Below, piece by piece: positions 38,158-53,194 of a stretch of DNA of 64,000 nucleotides. A program made the position numbers and the translations under genes. The notes beneath the pieces are model-generated. The model saw only the letters and a list, made by a program, of their open reading frames with translations. It was not told the origin of the DNA and made no database searches. The stretch spans positions 33,046,001 to 33,110,000 of the forward strand of contig OZ024744.1 in the NCBI GenBank assembly GCA_964016885.1. The letters are read 5' to 3'. The DNA is from Eledone cirrhosa. Taxonomy: Eukaryota. Every line of letters begins with the position of its first letter. The first letter of the stretch is position 1.

Positions 38158-38934
38158 ACTTATATACACCATCACTCGTAATCAAATCAACATGTACAAT
38201 GCCTTGTACTAAACATCTTTAATGTTTGTTGCCCATCAAGTCACAACATGACACAGACGCTCTCTCATCCTTCTTGACCCGATGGAAACGTTTAAGATTT
38301 AGAAGTTAAGCTGGTGTGTGGGGGAAAAAAACAACGTTACAACTCTGCCAGTACTTGGCAAATACTCGATTTTTCAACCCCCGGAGAATGAAATTGAAAG
38401 TTGTTTTCAGCAGGATTTAAATCCAGCTAATCCTAACAAATACCGCAAGGTATTTTTGTCAGCCGTGTAACAAGCTACAGCTTTATGAACGGCACGCCTA
38501 ATTTCAAAATTAACATGAATCTTTTAGTTGTGCGGCACACCGTATGATGATCCACCTACTATGCGGCCCACTGCTAGGAAAGGGGTGTCCATGTCTCTTT
38601 TAAGGCAGCTATCGACTCAATGAAATATTCTATCTAAATATTGTTCTTTTTATATACAAGTATATTGCAACTTGAGAGAAAATTGCCTTCCATTTCTTGT
38701 AGGTAAACTGACCACATAATAGCGACGCTGTTGTACATTTGAAATCAACGATTTTGTTCTTTTAGTCATTTGGCGGTGGGTGGGGAATAGCTAATCAAGT
38801 CAACAAGATTTGAATTCAAATTGTTTAAAGTTGAAATTATATCAGTGCAAGATATTTAGCCAATCTATGGTCAGGATGCTTGGGTAACTATAGAGGCTGC
38901 AATCTCTAAATATCAAGGAACTAAATCTGCTAGT

Positions 38935-39268
38935 AATGATGTTGATGATGGTGATGGTGATGATGATGATGGTGGTGATCGTGATGGTGGTGATGATGGT
39001 TATGGTGATGGTGGTGATGATGGTGATGATGGTGATGATGGTGATGGTGATGATGGTGATGGTGGTGATGGTGATGGTGGTGATGATGGTGATGGTGATG
39101 GTGGTGATGATGGTGATGATGGTGATGCTGATGGTGGTGATAATGGTGATGGTGATGGTGGTGATGATGGTGATGGTGATGGTGGTGATGATGGTGATGA
39201 TGGTGATGATGGTGATGCTGATGGTGGTGATGATGGTGATGGTGATGGTGGTGATGATGGTGATGATG
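38935..39268. repeat. (GAT/GGT)n microsatellite
   Basis: Directly visible. Confidence 0.9.
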
Positions 39269-39409
39269 ACCGAAACAATCCGATCACGAATATAATCGGC
39301 TGAAATGGCGTTCCCGTGAAAGGTATTTGAAGTAACGTTACTCGATAAATTATACATTAAAAATAACTACAATAACAAGAACATTAATAACAAAATAATC
39401 AAAATATAC

Positions 39410-40870
39410 ACACTCACACACATACATTCACACAAACGCACACATACATTCAGACAAACACACACATACATTCACACAAACACGCACATACATTCAGACA
39501 AACACACACATACATTCACACAAACGCACACATACATTCAGACAAACACACACATACATTCACACAAACGCACACATACATTCACAAAAACACACACATA
39601 CATTCACACAAACACACACATACATTCACACAAACACACACATACATTCACACAAACGCACACATTCACACAAACGCACACATACATTCACACAAACGCA
39701 CACATACATTCACACAAACGCACACATACATTCACACAAACACACATATACATTCACACAAACGCACACATACATTCACACAAACACACACATACATTCA
39801 CACAAACACACACATACATTCACACAAACACACACATACATTCACATATACATTCACACATACATTCACACAAACACACACATACATTCACAAAAACGCA
39901 CACATACATTCACACAAACACACACATACATTCACACAAACACACATATACCTTCACACAAACACACATATACATTCACACAAACACACACATACATTCA
40001 CACAAACACACACATACATTCACACAAACGCACACATATATTCACACAAACACACACATACATTCACACAAACACACACATACATTCACACAAACACACA
40101 TATACATTCACACAAACACACATATACATTCCCACAAACACACACATACATTCACACAAACACACCCATACATTCACACAAACGCACGCATACATTCACA
40201 CATACATTCACACAAACACACACATACATTTACACAAACACACATATACATTCACACAAACACACACATACATTCACACAAACACACACATACATTCACA
40301 CAAACACACATATACATTCACACAAACACACATATACATTCACACAAACACACACATACATTCACACAAACACACACATATACATTCACACAAACACACA
40401 CATACATTCACACAAACACACACATACATTCACACAAACACACACATACATTCACACAAACACACACATACATTCACACAAACACACATATACATTCACA
40501 CAAACACACACATACATTCACACAAACACACACATACATTCACACAAACACACACATACATTCACACAAACACACACATACATTCACCCAAACACACATA
40601 TACATTCACAGAAACACACACACACATTCACACAAACACACACATACATTCACACAAACACACATATACATTCACACAAACATACATATACATTCACACA
40701 AACACACATATACATTCACACAAACACACACATACATTCACACAAACACACATATACATTCACACAAACATACACATACATTCACACAAACACACATATA
40801 CATTCACACAGACACACACATACATTCACACAAACGCACATTATACATTCACACATACACACATACATTT
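39410..40870 (+). repeat. 22-bp minisatellite (CACACATACATTCACACAAACA)n, ~65 units
   Basis: Regular ATTC interruptions every ~22 nt within CA-rich sequence. Confidence 0.95.
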
Positions 40871-42496
40871 AGACACACATACATTCGCACAATCAAAAAG
40901 CGCAGCAAATGGAACACCAGCAGGTGTTTTGCTATAGCTTCTTCCCAATCTGCTTCGTTCATTTTACACACACATACATTCACACGAACAAACACACAGA
41001 TTGTGTGACGGATGGACGGACTTTAAAATGCCGAAGAAATGCCATATGTCACTACGTCGCCTCTACAAGACACTCAAGCGTTACGGGATCATACATACTT
41101 ACGGCACCATCAGATTTACAGAATCTCATAACCACCGGTTTGTCTGTAAGTTCATGTTATTGTATTTTATTCTAAAATGTATTAATTATTATATCCCGTC
41201 TTCTAAAAGTGTAGTCTTTTCTTAGTAATAGCAATACAACGTGAGGGAAATTAATTGATTTTTTTGTAATTTAGATAGCTCTAAGGATTAAATGCTATAA
41301 GGTTAAGATAATAAAAAAAGTTAAGATTATAAGAGAACCTTATATTATTTTATAGTAAGTTATAATTTTATAAATATTATATATTTTATCAATCCACCTG
41401 TTATACAGTTGTGACTGTTAAAATATAAGTTTGTTTACTATAACGTCTTAATGTTTAAAGCTTTTCATAAGAATATATGTAAAGCATAAACCGTAAAAAA
41501 CCTTTTATATGAGTTCATTCATAGAATGTATTCAAATTATACATTTCGATACATATACACACACATATATACACAGACATACATACATGTATACATACGC
41601 ATATATGCGCACACATATATATACACATACATACACACACATACATATACATATATACACATATATATATATATAAATACAAAATACATAATGCAATATA
41701 AAATATGAGTTATAATTTTAAAAAGGATTGTAACTTTAAAAGAAATTACAATTTAAAAAAATATAATTATATAATTTTAAAAGGAATTATATTTTTAAGC
41801 AATGTAATTTTTAAGCAATATAATTTTGAAAATATATATAAGATTATATAGAAAAAACACAGAATAAAAAATATGAATTATAATTTTTATATCCATTAGA
41901 GGAATCAACAAAAAATCCATATTTAGAAACTTTCAGTATGTTTATCTTAATTTGTTATACCTATTTTTTTTTTAAACTTTCAGTAGGTTTATCTAGAAGA
42001 ATTTTCAATGAAAAATTTTATAAGGAAAACATTTTTTTTCATTTAAGAGAGTTTTTGGCAGTCGTATGAAGGAATCTAATGATTTATCGATAGGTTTAAT
42101 AAGATGAGTTATATATTACATTTTATATTTATATTTAAACATTGAATTTAATCTATGTTTGCAGCAACTGAAAAGATTGTTCCTAAAATTCACAGAATCT
42201 TTGCTTTTTAATATAAAGAATATTTCCTCTATACAAAGAACACAATTTTCAGAAGAAGCATTACAAGGAGGAGCTTTGGAGATAATATTTCATAGTAAAG
42301 AATAGTTAATGTTCTTTAATTTTAGGTCCCATAGTAAGCTAGATAGAGAAATTGAAGATTTTTTATTTATATTAGTAAAAGAGCATTTATGGTTACTAAA
42401 ACGAGATTTAAAACCTGTGAGGTAGAACCTACATAATTAAATGAATTTAAGTTAGATTTTACAGTACAATGATATACTATATTTTTAGCTAAACAA

Positions 42497-44563
42497 AATA
42501 TTTCCAATCTTGATAGAATCTTCAAATCTAAAAAAAAACCACCTTCCAACAAACTACTAATGGATTTTGAAAATGAAATTATCTCTATCATTCAAAGCAT
42601 TAAATTTAAAAAAAAAAAACTTCATAGGCAAGGATTATCTAAAAAATCTCAAAAATAATATTGAAAACTTGGAGAAAACGGAAAAAATTCTAGTCAAGTC
42701 GGACAAAACCAATAATCTTTATGGAATGCAAAAGGATATTTATAACGATCTTATATTACAGGAATTAAGGAATAAATATAAAATAACAACTAATGACAAC
42801 CTTGAAAAATTGAATACAGACGCTTCTTACATAATGCAGGAATTAGGCATTGAAAATAGGACACAACCCTTCATGCCAAGGAAACCAAAAATTAATATGA
42901 AGGACCACAAAAGGAACTTTGAAATTGACTTACCAGTTAGATTAATTGCACCATCTAAATCGGACCTTGGCATACTTAGCAAGAACATTTTAGACAGAAT
43001 AATACCACAAATTAAGGAATTATCTTATTTAAAATTATGGAAAGGAACTAATGAAGTTATCGAATGGTTTAAAGACATTAAATATAACTATAATAATAAG
43101 TTTATTCAATTTGATATTGCTAATTATTACTCATCCATCACTCTTAATCTACTTAATAAAGCACTGACATATGCATTTAAACATACAGACTTAACTAGTA
43201 ATGAAATGCACGTTATCCTAACGGCATGGAAAACATTAATTAAATTTAACAACCAACTCTGGACTAGAGCAGATAGAGATAATAATTTCGATGTCACTAT
43301 GGGGTCATCGGATTCCGCCCAAGTAACGGATCTTGTGGGGCTTTTTATAAATAATACTCTACACAGAAAAATACCGGAGATGACCGGAGGTTTATATCGC
43401 GACGATATGCTACTACTTATCGAAAATAATAACTGTGAATTAAATAGGAAAAGAAAGGAAATTATACAATTTTTTAATTACCTTAATCTTAAAGTAGAAA
43501 TAGAGAATAATTATAAAATAGTTAACTTTCTAGATGTAACCTTAAACCTTAACACATGTCTTCATTATCCATTTCACAAATTAAACGAGAACTTAAACTA
43601 CGTTAATTTTAACTCCAATCACCCCAGATCCATTAAAAATACTATAGTAAATTCTGTACAGCAACGCATTTCTAGAATTTCAGCTAATAAGAATATTTTT
43701 GATGATCAAGCACAGTATTACAACGAAGCGTTAGGTAGAGCTGGATATAGTAATAAAATTAAATACATTGATAATAATAATATAACAACTTACCATAATT
43801 TTAACAACTATAATAGAAAACCCTACAATAATTCGAAAAACAAAAAAGAAATAGAACTAGGAATATATTATGGTTCGCTCCTCCTTTCTCATTAAATATT
43901 AAAACTCCTATTGCTAAACTATTCTTTAAAGCTCTTGTCAAATGCTTCCCTAGAACACATAGATATTACTCAATATTTAATAGACATACTATAAAATGAA
44001 CTTATTCAATCACCAGTAATTTAGCGCAGAATATTAATAGAATTAATAATAGAAACTTAAAACCTAACCAGAATGCCATTAACAACCCCAGCAATATCCA
44101 ATTTAATAATACGGCTCCTAGTAACTTGAATTTTGATAAATGTAACTGTAGAAATAAATATAACTGTCCGTTAAATAACAATTGTTTAGCTAAAAATATA
44201 GTATATCATTGTAATGTAAAATCTAACTTAAATTCATTTAATTATGTAGGTTCTACCTCCACAGATTTTAAATCTCGTTTTAATAACCATAAATGCTCTT
44301 CTACGAATATAAATAAAAAATCTTCAACTTCTCTATCGAGCTTACTATGGGACCTAAAATTAAAGAACATTAACTATTCTTTACTTTGGAATATTATCTC
44401 CAAAGCTCCTCCTTGTAATGCTTCTTCTGAAAAGTGTGTTCTTTGTATAGAGGAAATATTCTTTATATTAAAAAGCAAACATTCTGTGAATTTAAGGAAC
44501 AATCTTTGCAGTTGCTGCAAACATAGATTAAATTCAACGTTTAAATATAAATTTAAAATGTAA
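42497..44563 (+). pseudogene. PLE RT/GIY-YIG polyprotein (5'-truncated, frameshifts and one TGA)
   Basis: KSDKTNNLY, MKDHK, IQFDIANYYSSI, MGSSDSAQVTDLVG, GLYRDD, VNFLDVTL, CNCRNKYNCPLNNNC, YVGSTSTDFKSRFNNH, CVLCIEE, CKHR. Confidence 0.9.
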
Positions 44564-45713
44564 TATATAACTCATCTTATTAAACCTATCAATAAATCAT
44601 TAGATTCCTTCATACGACTGCCAAAAACTCTCTTAAATGAAGAAAACATTTTTCCTTAAACATTTTTCCTTGAAAGTTCTTCTAGATAAACATACTAAAA
44701 GTTTTTTTTAAAAATAGGTATAAAAAATTAAGATAAACATACTGAAAGTTTCTAAAAAAAAGATTTTTTGTTGATTCCTCTGATGGATATAAAAATTATA
44801 ATTCATATTTTTTATACTGTGTTTTTTTCTATATATTCTTATATATATTTTTAAAATTATATTGCTTAAAAATTACATGCTTAAAAATATAATTCCTTTT
44901 AAAATTATATAATTATATTTATTTAAAATCGTAATTCCTTTTAAAGTTATAATGATTTTTAAAATTATAACTTATATTTTATTTTATATTATGTATTTTG
45001 TATTTATATATATATATATGTATATATGTATATGTATGTGTGTGTATGTATGTATATATGTATATGTGTGTGTATATATGCGTATGTATACATGTATGTA
45101 TGTCTATGTATATGTGTGTGTGTATATGTATCGAAATGTATAATTTGAATACATTCTATGAATGAACTCATATAAAAGTTTTTTTACGGTTTATGCTTTA
45201 GATATATTCTTATGAAAACTTTAAACATTAAGACGTTATAATAAACAGACTTATATTTTAACAGTCACAACTGTATAACAGGTGGATTGATAAAATATAT
45301 AAAATTTATGAAATTATAACTTACTATAAAATAATATAAGGTTCTCTTATAATCTCAACTTTTTTTATCATCTTAACCTTATAACATTTAATCCTTAGAG
45401 CTATCTAAATTACAAAAAAATCAATTAATTTCCCTCACGCTGTATTGCTATTACTAAGAAAAGATTTTTCTTCGGTAAAATCTCTGAACATTCCTTTATT
45501 TTAAACATATATTTTAAACATAAAAATTTTATTTTTTATTATTTCTTATAATTTTTTATTGTTAATTAATTGAAAAATTAATAATTAATTGTTGGTTGAT
45601 GATTAATAATAAATGTATATAAGGTTATGTAATAATAACATATATTTTAATAATATTTTTTTATGGTATATATATATTGAGATATATATATTATTAAAAG
45701 AATATATATACAC

Positions 45714-45754
<41 letters not shown>

Positions 45755-46852
45755 TGTATATATATATATATATATTCTTTTAATAATATATATATATCTC
45801 AATTTTTAATTTATAGATCTCAATAATTTAATTGATAAATTAAACCTTTAATCAAATTTAAACATTAGATAAAATTCTTCGGTTATTACTATTTATTTAT
45901 TTATTTATTTATCCACGCTTTATTGACTCCGCTTAATTCATCCACTATATATTTATCTGTTCGCTTCATCATCTCATAAAATTACGTTAATACAACACTC
46001 TCTCACTTAGGGTTTTCTCTCTTTCTCTTTCTTTTGTTTTTCTTTTGTTTTCCTTCTTTGGGTTTGCTCTTTCTTTCTTTTTCTTTTTCTTTTTCTTTTT
46101 TCCCCTATTCCAACGGCTTAATTTAAATGTACGGGATTTAAACCACTCCCACACTAATTTGCATAATAGACCAATAATAAAATTAGTAACCCCACTATCC
46201 GGGAGCTTCCAAAATTATAACTTACTATAAAATAATATAAGGTTCTCTTATAATCTTAACTTTTTTTATCATCTTAACCTTATAACATTTAATCCTTAGA
46301 GCTATCTAAATTACAAATAAATCAATTAATTTCCCTCACGCTGTATTGCTATTACTAAGAAAATATTTTTCTTCGGTAAAATCTCCGAACATTCCTATAT
46401 TTTAAACAAATATTTTAAACATAAAAATTTTATTTTTTATTATTTCTTATAATTTCCTATTGTTAATTAATTTAAAAATTAATAATTAATTGTTGGTTGA
46501 TGATTAATAATAAATGTATATAAGGTTATCTAATAATACCATATATTTTAATAATATTTTTTTATGGTATATATATATATATATATATAGGGTTTTCTCT
46601 CTTTCTCTTTCTTTTGTTTTTCTTTTGTTTTTCTTTTGTTTTCCTTCTTTGGGTTTGCTCTTTCTTTCTTTTTCTTTTTTTTCCCTATTCCAACGGCTTA
46701 ATTTAAATGTACGGGATTTAAACCTCTCCGACACTAATTTGCATAATAGACCAATAATAAAATTAGTAACCCCACTCTCCAGGAGCTTCCAACCGACCTG
46801 GTCGCATTCTTTAATCGTATGTCAATATTTGTTTATAAAACTGATCTATATT

Positions 46853-46918
46853 ATATTTTATCTGATGAAAGCGCACCATAATTTGCTTTAGTGTCCTTGA
46901 AATAAGTATAATGAAATA
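46853..46918 (+). ncRNA. Type I hammerhead ribozyme at the PLE 3' end
   Basis: TATTTTAT/ATGAAATA stem I (extendable); CTGATGA 46862-68; AAG...CTT stem II; GAAAT-AAGT-ATA. Cleavage after AUA at 46910. Confidence 0.75.
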
Positions 46919-47125
46919 AATATGGTTTTATAAATATAGTTTCCATTTGTTAATATATTGTATTTTTACTCCAAACATTTGTTGAGTGCTTTATATCAGT
47001 TATAAAAATATTTGCTTGTTGTATCCCAACAAATTAAATATAACTTCTACACACACATATATATATATATATATAGGAACGAGTAGGACCCTGACGGCTG
47101 AGCTCAAGCCGTTTCGACGGCTAAT

Positions 47126-47189
<64 letters not shown>

Positions 47190-47193
<4 letters not shown>

Positions 47194-47610
47194 GGAGGTG
47201 AGTTTTATTGTAGTACAATAAAGCAATGCAGATAACGGATAAGAAGCACTCTATAGTTTGTAGGACTGGAGTATACATAATATATAAGATCAAAAGATGG
47301 TTAAATGAGTTCCATGTATTTTATTATGCGCATTTCAAAAACAAATATCATCATGCAATAACATTTGTGTTTTCATCAGATAAAATAGGAGGACATGATA
47401 TGAAGGTTAAAAAACACTTGTGGATTGTGCAGTTGATTTAATATGTTGATTTAAAACTGCACTATCCACAAGTGTTTTTTAACCTTCATATCATGTCCTC
47501 CTATTTTATCTGATGAAAACACAAATGTTATTGCATGATGATATTTGTTTTTGAAATGCGCATAATAAAATACATGGAACTCATTTAACCATCTTTTGAT
47601 CTTATATATT
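47190..47610. mobile_element. 'TGCGCA' hammerhead family, copy 2, as a ~160-bp-arm palindrome
   Basis: 47281-47435 is the reverse complement of ~47455-47608. Hammerheads at 47317-47387 (-) and 47502-47572 (+). Confidence 0.85.
47502..47572 (+). ncRNA. Type I hammerhead ribozyme, palindromic stem III
   Basis: TATTTTAT/ATAAAATA stem I; CTGATGA; ~15-bp stem II; GAA-ATGCGCAT-A. Confidence 0.85.
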
Positions 47611-48269
47611 ATATATATATATATATATGATGATCGCCTGCTCCATTCGCAGCTTGACCACTTCTTGCACTTTATGACTGTTTCTTTCCGGCATGCGATC
47701 TCAAATGGCTTTTGAGTCCAGAAAGCCTGTGAAACACCCGTGCACAAATAATACATTTCGATCTTGTTTCCACTTTGTGTTTACTCATTGTGTATGTTCA
47801 GATGTCACTTTAACTGAGTTCCACATTTTCTGACATACATGACATTGGTACTGATTCTTTGCAATGGAGTTTGAATGATCAACTTGGTCTTTACCATTAT
47901 GTGCTCGTTAGTGTGAATTCAAGCCAGCGTTCGAAAGGCCCACCTCAAGGTACATAGGGCATTTCAAAACTAACGCTGGATAAGATCTATCATTATTACT
48001 GTTGTGATTGGCAGTATCAGTAGAGGGTTGGACGCCATGTTTTCTAGCATAGTTACGGCCCTTTATGGTCTGAGTTCAAATCCCGCCGAGGTTAACTTTG
48101 CCTTTCATCTTTACGGGGTCGATAAAATAAAGTACCAGTAATGTACTGGGTAATTGCTGGCATTGTGCCAAAAGTAGAAACAATTATTACTGTTAGTCCC
48201 ATTCTTTCACACTTTTCTTTTCAGTTCTATATGTTTTGCCCTCTCCATTTCAAATGTTTAAACTCGACT

Positions 48270-49034
<765 letters not shown>

Positions 49035-49299
49035 CGTGTGTGCGTGTGTGTGTGTGCGTGTGTGTGTGTGTGAGTGTGCGTGTGTGAGTGTGTGTGTGTA
49101 TCTATGAATCTGAGGTAATAGCAGAAGGTGCACGTCAAAGATACCGTGCAGTAAAATAGAAACTGGAACTATGCAATTCCATGTAGCCATTTGTTGTATC
49201 TGTAGAAGGACAGAATTTCATAACATTACAACGAGTCACTTAGCATTAACCAGAACAATTTAAGAAAAGAACGCAACAAAAATAGAAACTGTTATAATA

Positions 49300-49621
49300 C
49301 TAAGATGTTTTTCAACATGCTGACGCGGATGTGTAAATGTGTGGTCATATGTGTATCTGCAGATGCATACATTTATAATTATGACTATTATAAATATAAA
49401 CAAAGACACACTTACAAACATACACATTCACAGACATTTATTCACATAAACACACATACACATACATACATTTACACTCACATACTTGCACATACACTCA
49501 CACACTGCGGAGCAAATAGAACACCAGCCGCTGTTTTGCAATAGTGTTTTCACCTTCCTTTTATACACACGTACATTCACACACACACACACAGGCACAC
49601 ACACACACACACACACACAAG

Positions 49622-49652
<31 letters not shown>

Positions 49653-49700
49653 GCTGTGTAACGGACGGACGGACGTGAGTCGCTCAAATTTATATATAGA
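49300..49700 (-). mobile_element. Probable Helitron 5' portion
   Basis: Minus strand A|TCTATATATAAATT...(GTCC)n. The body resembles 40895-41025. Confidence 0.45.
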
Positions 49701-49714
49701 TTAGGAAACTAACC

Positions 49715-50640
49715 GCCTGTGTGACGTGGGACCGGCTGGGGCTTAGCCCAGTAGACGTCCCCCACCCTTCTCCCTCTGTTAACGTCAAGTCCCCCCCCCC
49801 CCAACGCACGTGGGATGCCATCCAGTGCAGCCTGGCCTCAGACAGGCTCACGCGCCAGCTCGGCCAGCACCGCCTTGCTTGTTTTCGTGCAGCCTCCAAA
49901 TCCCACAGTGGTGCCTGGCTCCATGCTCTGCCCTCCTTCTCCACTGGCACGCAGCTAGACAACCATAGCCTGCGATTCGGCGTTTCCCTGAGGCTCGGCC
50001 TCTGGATCTGCCAGCCACACCAATGTCGCTGCGGTTCCACCGTGGACTCTTTCGGCCTCCACCCGTTTTCCTGTCGCCACAGTGCCGGCCGCATTCCACG
50101 CCATGCTGCCCTCAACGAGGTCATTAAGCATGGCTTGGACGCTGCAGGCTTCCCTTCTCAGCTCGAGCCGGTGAGGCTGGATCGAGAGGACGGCAAAAGG
50201 CCAGATGGCATGACCATCTTCCCGTTCCGCGGTGGCAAACCCCTCGTCTGGGATGCCACTTGCACCGACACTTTCTGCAGCCGCAACCTGGTGCAGTCTG
50301 CGACTGACCCAGATTCTGCTGCACGTCGGGCTGAAGGGGCCAAACTCCTCAAATACCGGTCGCTCTCCGACAGGTTTGCGGTCGATCCCCTAGCAGTGGA
50401 GACTTCTGGTGTCTTCGGCCCCAGGGCTACCCCCTTACCCACCACCATAGGCGCTGAGCTGGCCAGCCGCAGGTGTGAGCCCCGCGAGTTGGAGTGGCTT
50501 TTCCAGCGCGTCTCCCTTGCCGTCCTCCGGGGAAACGCCTTCTCCGTTCTGTCCGCCGGGGCTGTGGGTGGGCCCCATCGCGTACCAATACATTAGTTAA
50601 ATACTATTCTTTCATCTGATACAACACAATAAAGACTAAA
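49715..50640 (+). mobile_element. 5'-truncated CRE-clade non-LTR retrotransposon (zinc knuckle plus PD-(D/E)xK endonuclease); ORF 49721-50596
   Basis: SGAWLHALPS, LRLG, CRCG...GLHPFSC, RHAALNEVI, GKRPDGMT..LVWDATCTDT, PLAVETSGVFG, RVSLAVLRGNA. AATAAA and an A-rich tail. Confidence 0.85.
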
Positions 50641-52176
50641 GTGTTTAAAAAAACAAAACAAAAAGAAAACTGAACTCTTGAACCACGCAGAGCTAAAAAC
50701 AGACATTGTGTAATGCAAGAAGATCAAGGAAATGAACCTCCACGTGTGTGTTCAGCATCCCTGCTAAAAATAACAACCTAATCTTACCTCCCTATAGAGA
50801 AAGAATAATGTGTTTCTGACTGCACTGTGTCAGAAAAATACAGGGAGTTCACGACAATCATGTCTTTGATCATAGGTGTGGTTGGATCACAGATGACCTG
50901 GGTTTAAACAACAAGAACAACATGACTAACAGTTAAAGAATGCCCACTTTGGTTAAGGGGAAAGATAGATGGAGAGATTGAGAGAGCGGGAGAGATTGAG
51001 AGAGGGAGAGAGAGAGTGACAGACAGAAAGAGAGGGGGTGATATAAGAAAAGCCATATCTAAGACAGTTGGTGCTGTTTACATTCAAGATTGGCATCAAG
51101 TGATTTTTAGGTATGTATATCTATGATTTAATGGGTATAATATTTCTTTTTTGCTCCCTCCCTTATATCAGTTAATTCTCTCTCTCACACACAATATAGT
51201 CTTACACACACACACACATACACATTCTCTCTGTCTCTCTCTCTCTCTCACACACAGAGTTTCAAACACACACATTCTCTCTTTCTCTCACACAGTCTCT
51301 CACACACTCATTCTCTCTCTCACAATCTCACACACACACTCCCCCCACTCTCTCTCTCTCACTCTCTATCTATATATCTCTCTCTCTCACCCCCCCATTT
51401 TCTCTCTATCTATCTCTCTCTCACACACACACACAATCTCACAGACAAACGCCCTTTCTCTCTCTCTCACCCCCACATACTCTCTCTCCCTTACACACAC
51501 ACATTCTCACACACAATCACACGCCCCCTCTCTCCCTCTCACACACAAACAAACACTCTCTCACACACACTATCTTTCTATCTCTCTCTTTCTCATTCTC
51601 CTTTCATTTTTTTTGTTCCATCTGTCTATCAAAAGATTATAACCTTCTTCTTCTTCTTCTTCTTCTTCTTCTTCTTCTTCTTCTTCTTCTTCTTCTTCTT
51701 CTTCTTCTTTTCTTTCTTCTTTTGTGGCCAAATTTTTCTAAATTTTTGTTTTAATACATGTATATTAGTGGTTGATGTTCAAACCATATTATGGAGAAAA
51801 CCACGAACTTCCGTCTCTTATCAGTTTCCTTCGGGTAGGGCTTGAAATCCGTGTTAGAAAAACAATGTTGTTAATAGGTTGTAAAAAGCTTAAATGAATA
51901 TTATACTCTTTTCTTCTTCTCAACTGATGCTCGACTGGTTGAAGACAGTTGTCTTTTGAGAGGAGTAAAAGCAACATGATATTGCTTCCATTAACACCCA
52001 CCACCATTTACTGGGACCACCTCTCGACTCCAAAAGTGGCTGATTCCAAGATATACAACCCGATTAGAATGATAAACCAATATATAAATAGCTGAGCAAA
52101 TTTAAAACTTAACGGAGTAATATGTCTGTACTGGAGAATTCTTTTTCGAAGTGGGTATTGTTATTGTTATTTCTGT

Positions 52177-52223
<47 letters not shown>

Positions 52224-52273
52224 ATATATACGTATACAGTTGTACATATATATATTGTTGTTGTTGTTGTTGG

Positions 52274-52377
<104 letters not shown>

Positions 52378-53194
52378 ACAACAATAAACAAATATAAGGT
52401 AAAGAATATGACAAAAAGTAAAGGAAAAAGGGACGAATGACAGGAATAATTAAAGAAGAGTAGAAATATAAAAACAAAAATATACATGAAAATATAAAAA
52501 AAAAACAAAAGAAAAATATTGTACAAAAAACAAAACAAAACCAAAATAGAAGAAAATTGTAGAGAAAAGATAAATAAATACATATATATATAAATACATT
52601 TATAAAACAAAGGCACTCTAATAAGAAAAGCGAAACGAAAACTGGAATAATTCTGTGGTAGCAGCTGGTTTTAAAGTTGTTATCAGTTCATTGGCTAAAG
52701 AATAGCAACAACAGCAACAACTCATGTTTGATAACGTCTGCGATAGAGAGGTAAAATTGTAGGACATTTTACACAACAAATACTACAACAATAATAGCAA
52801 AAACATTAATAATTGCAACGAGTACAACTACAACAACAGCAACAAAAACAACAACATTAGCAGTGACAACAATAACAACTGCCACAAAAACAACAGCAAT
52901 AGCAACAACAAAAGCAATAACAACAACAAAAACAACAATAGCAACAGCAACAACAAGCAGCAATAACAACAGCAATAACAACAACAACAACAAAAACAGC
53001 AATAGCAACAACAAAAACAACAACAACAAAAACAACAACAACAAAAACAACAACAAAAACAGCAATAGCAACAGCAATAGCAACAACAACAATAGCTGTA
53101 ACAACAACAATAGCAATACTAAATACTACAACAGTTACTAAACAATTAAAACAAGAATAAAACAATAATAATATATAAAACCAACCAAACTAAT

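Larger units (their letters stand above)
41215..46990 (+). mobile_element. Penelope-like element (Naiad-type) with 1.28-kb 5' inversion and duplicated 3' UTR segments
   Basis: 41215-42496 is the reverse complement of ~44182-45464. ORF pieces span 42497-44563. 45310-45670 is repeated at 46212-46575, and 46010-46210 at 46590-46790. Terminal hammerhead, with (TA)n beyond. Confidence 0.9.

Noticed and set aside
43996-43999. In-frame TGA as selenocysteine (some Naiad PLEs encode selenoproteins)
   Set aside because: The TGA falls at a hydrophobic position (L/F in the other two elements), not a Cys. Conserved Cys codons are ordinary and no SECIS was recognised.
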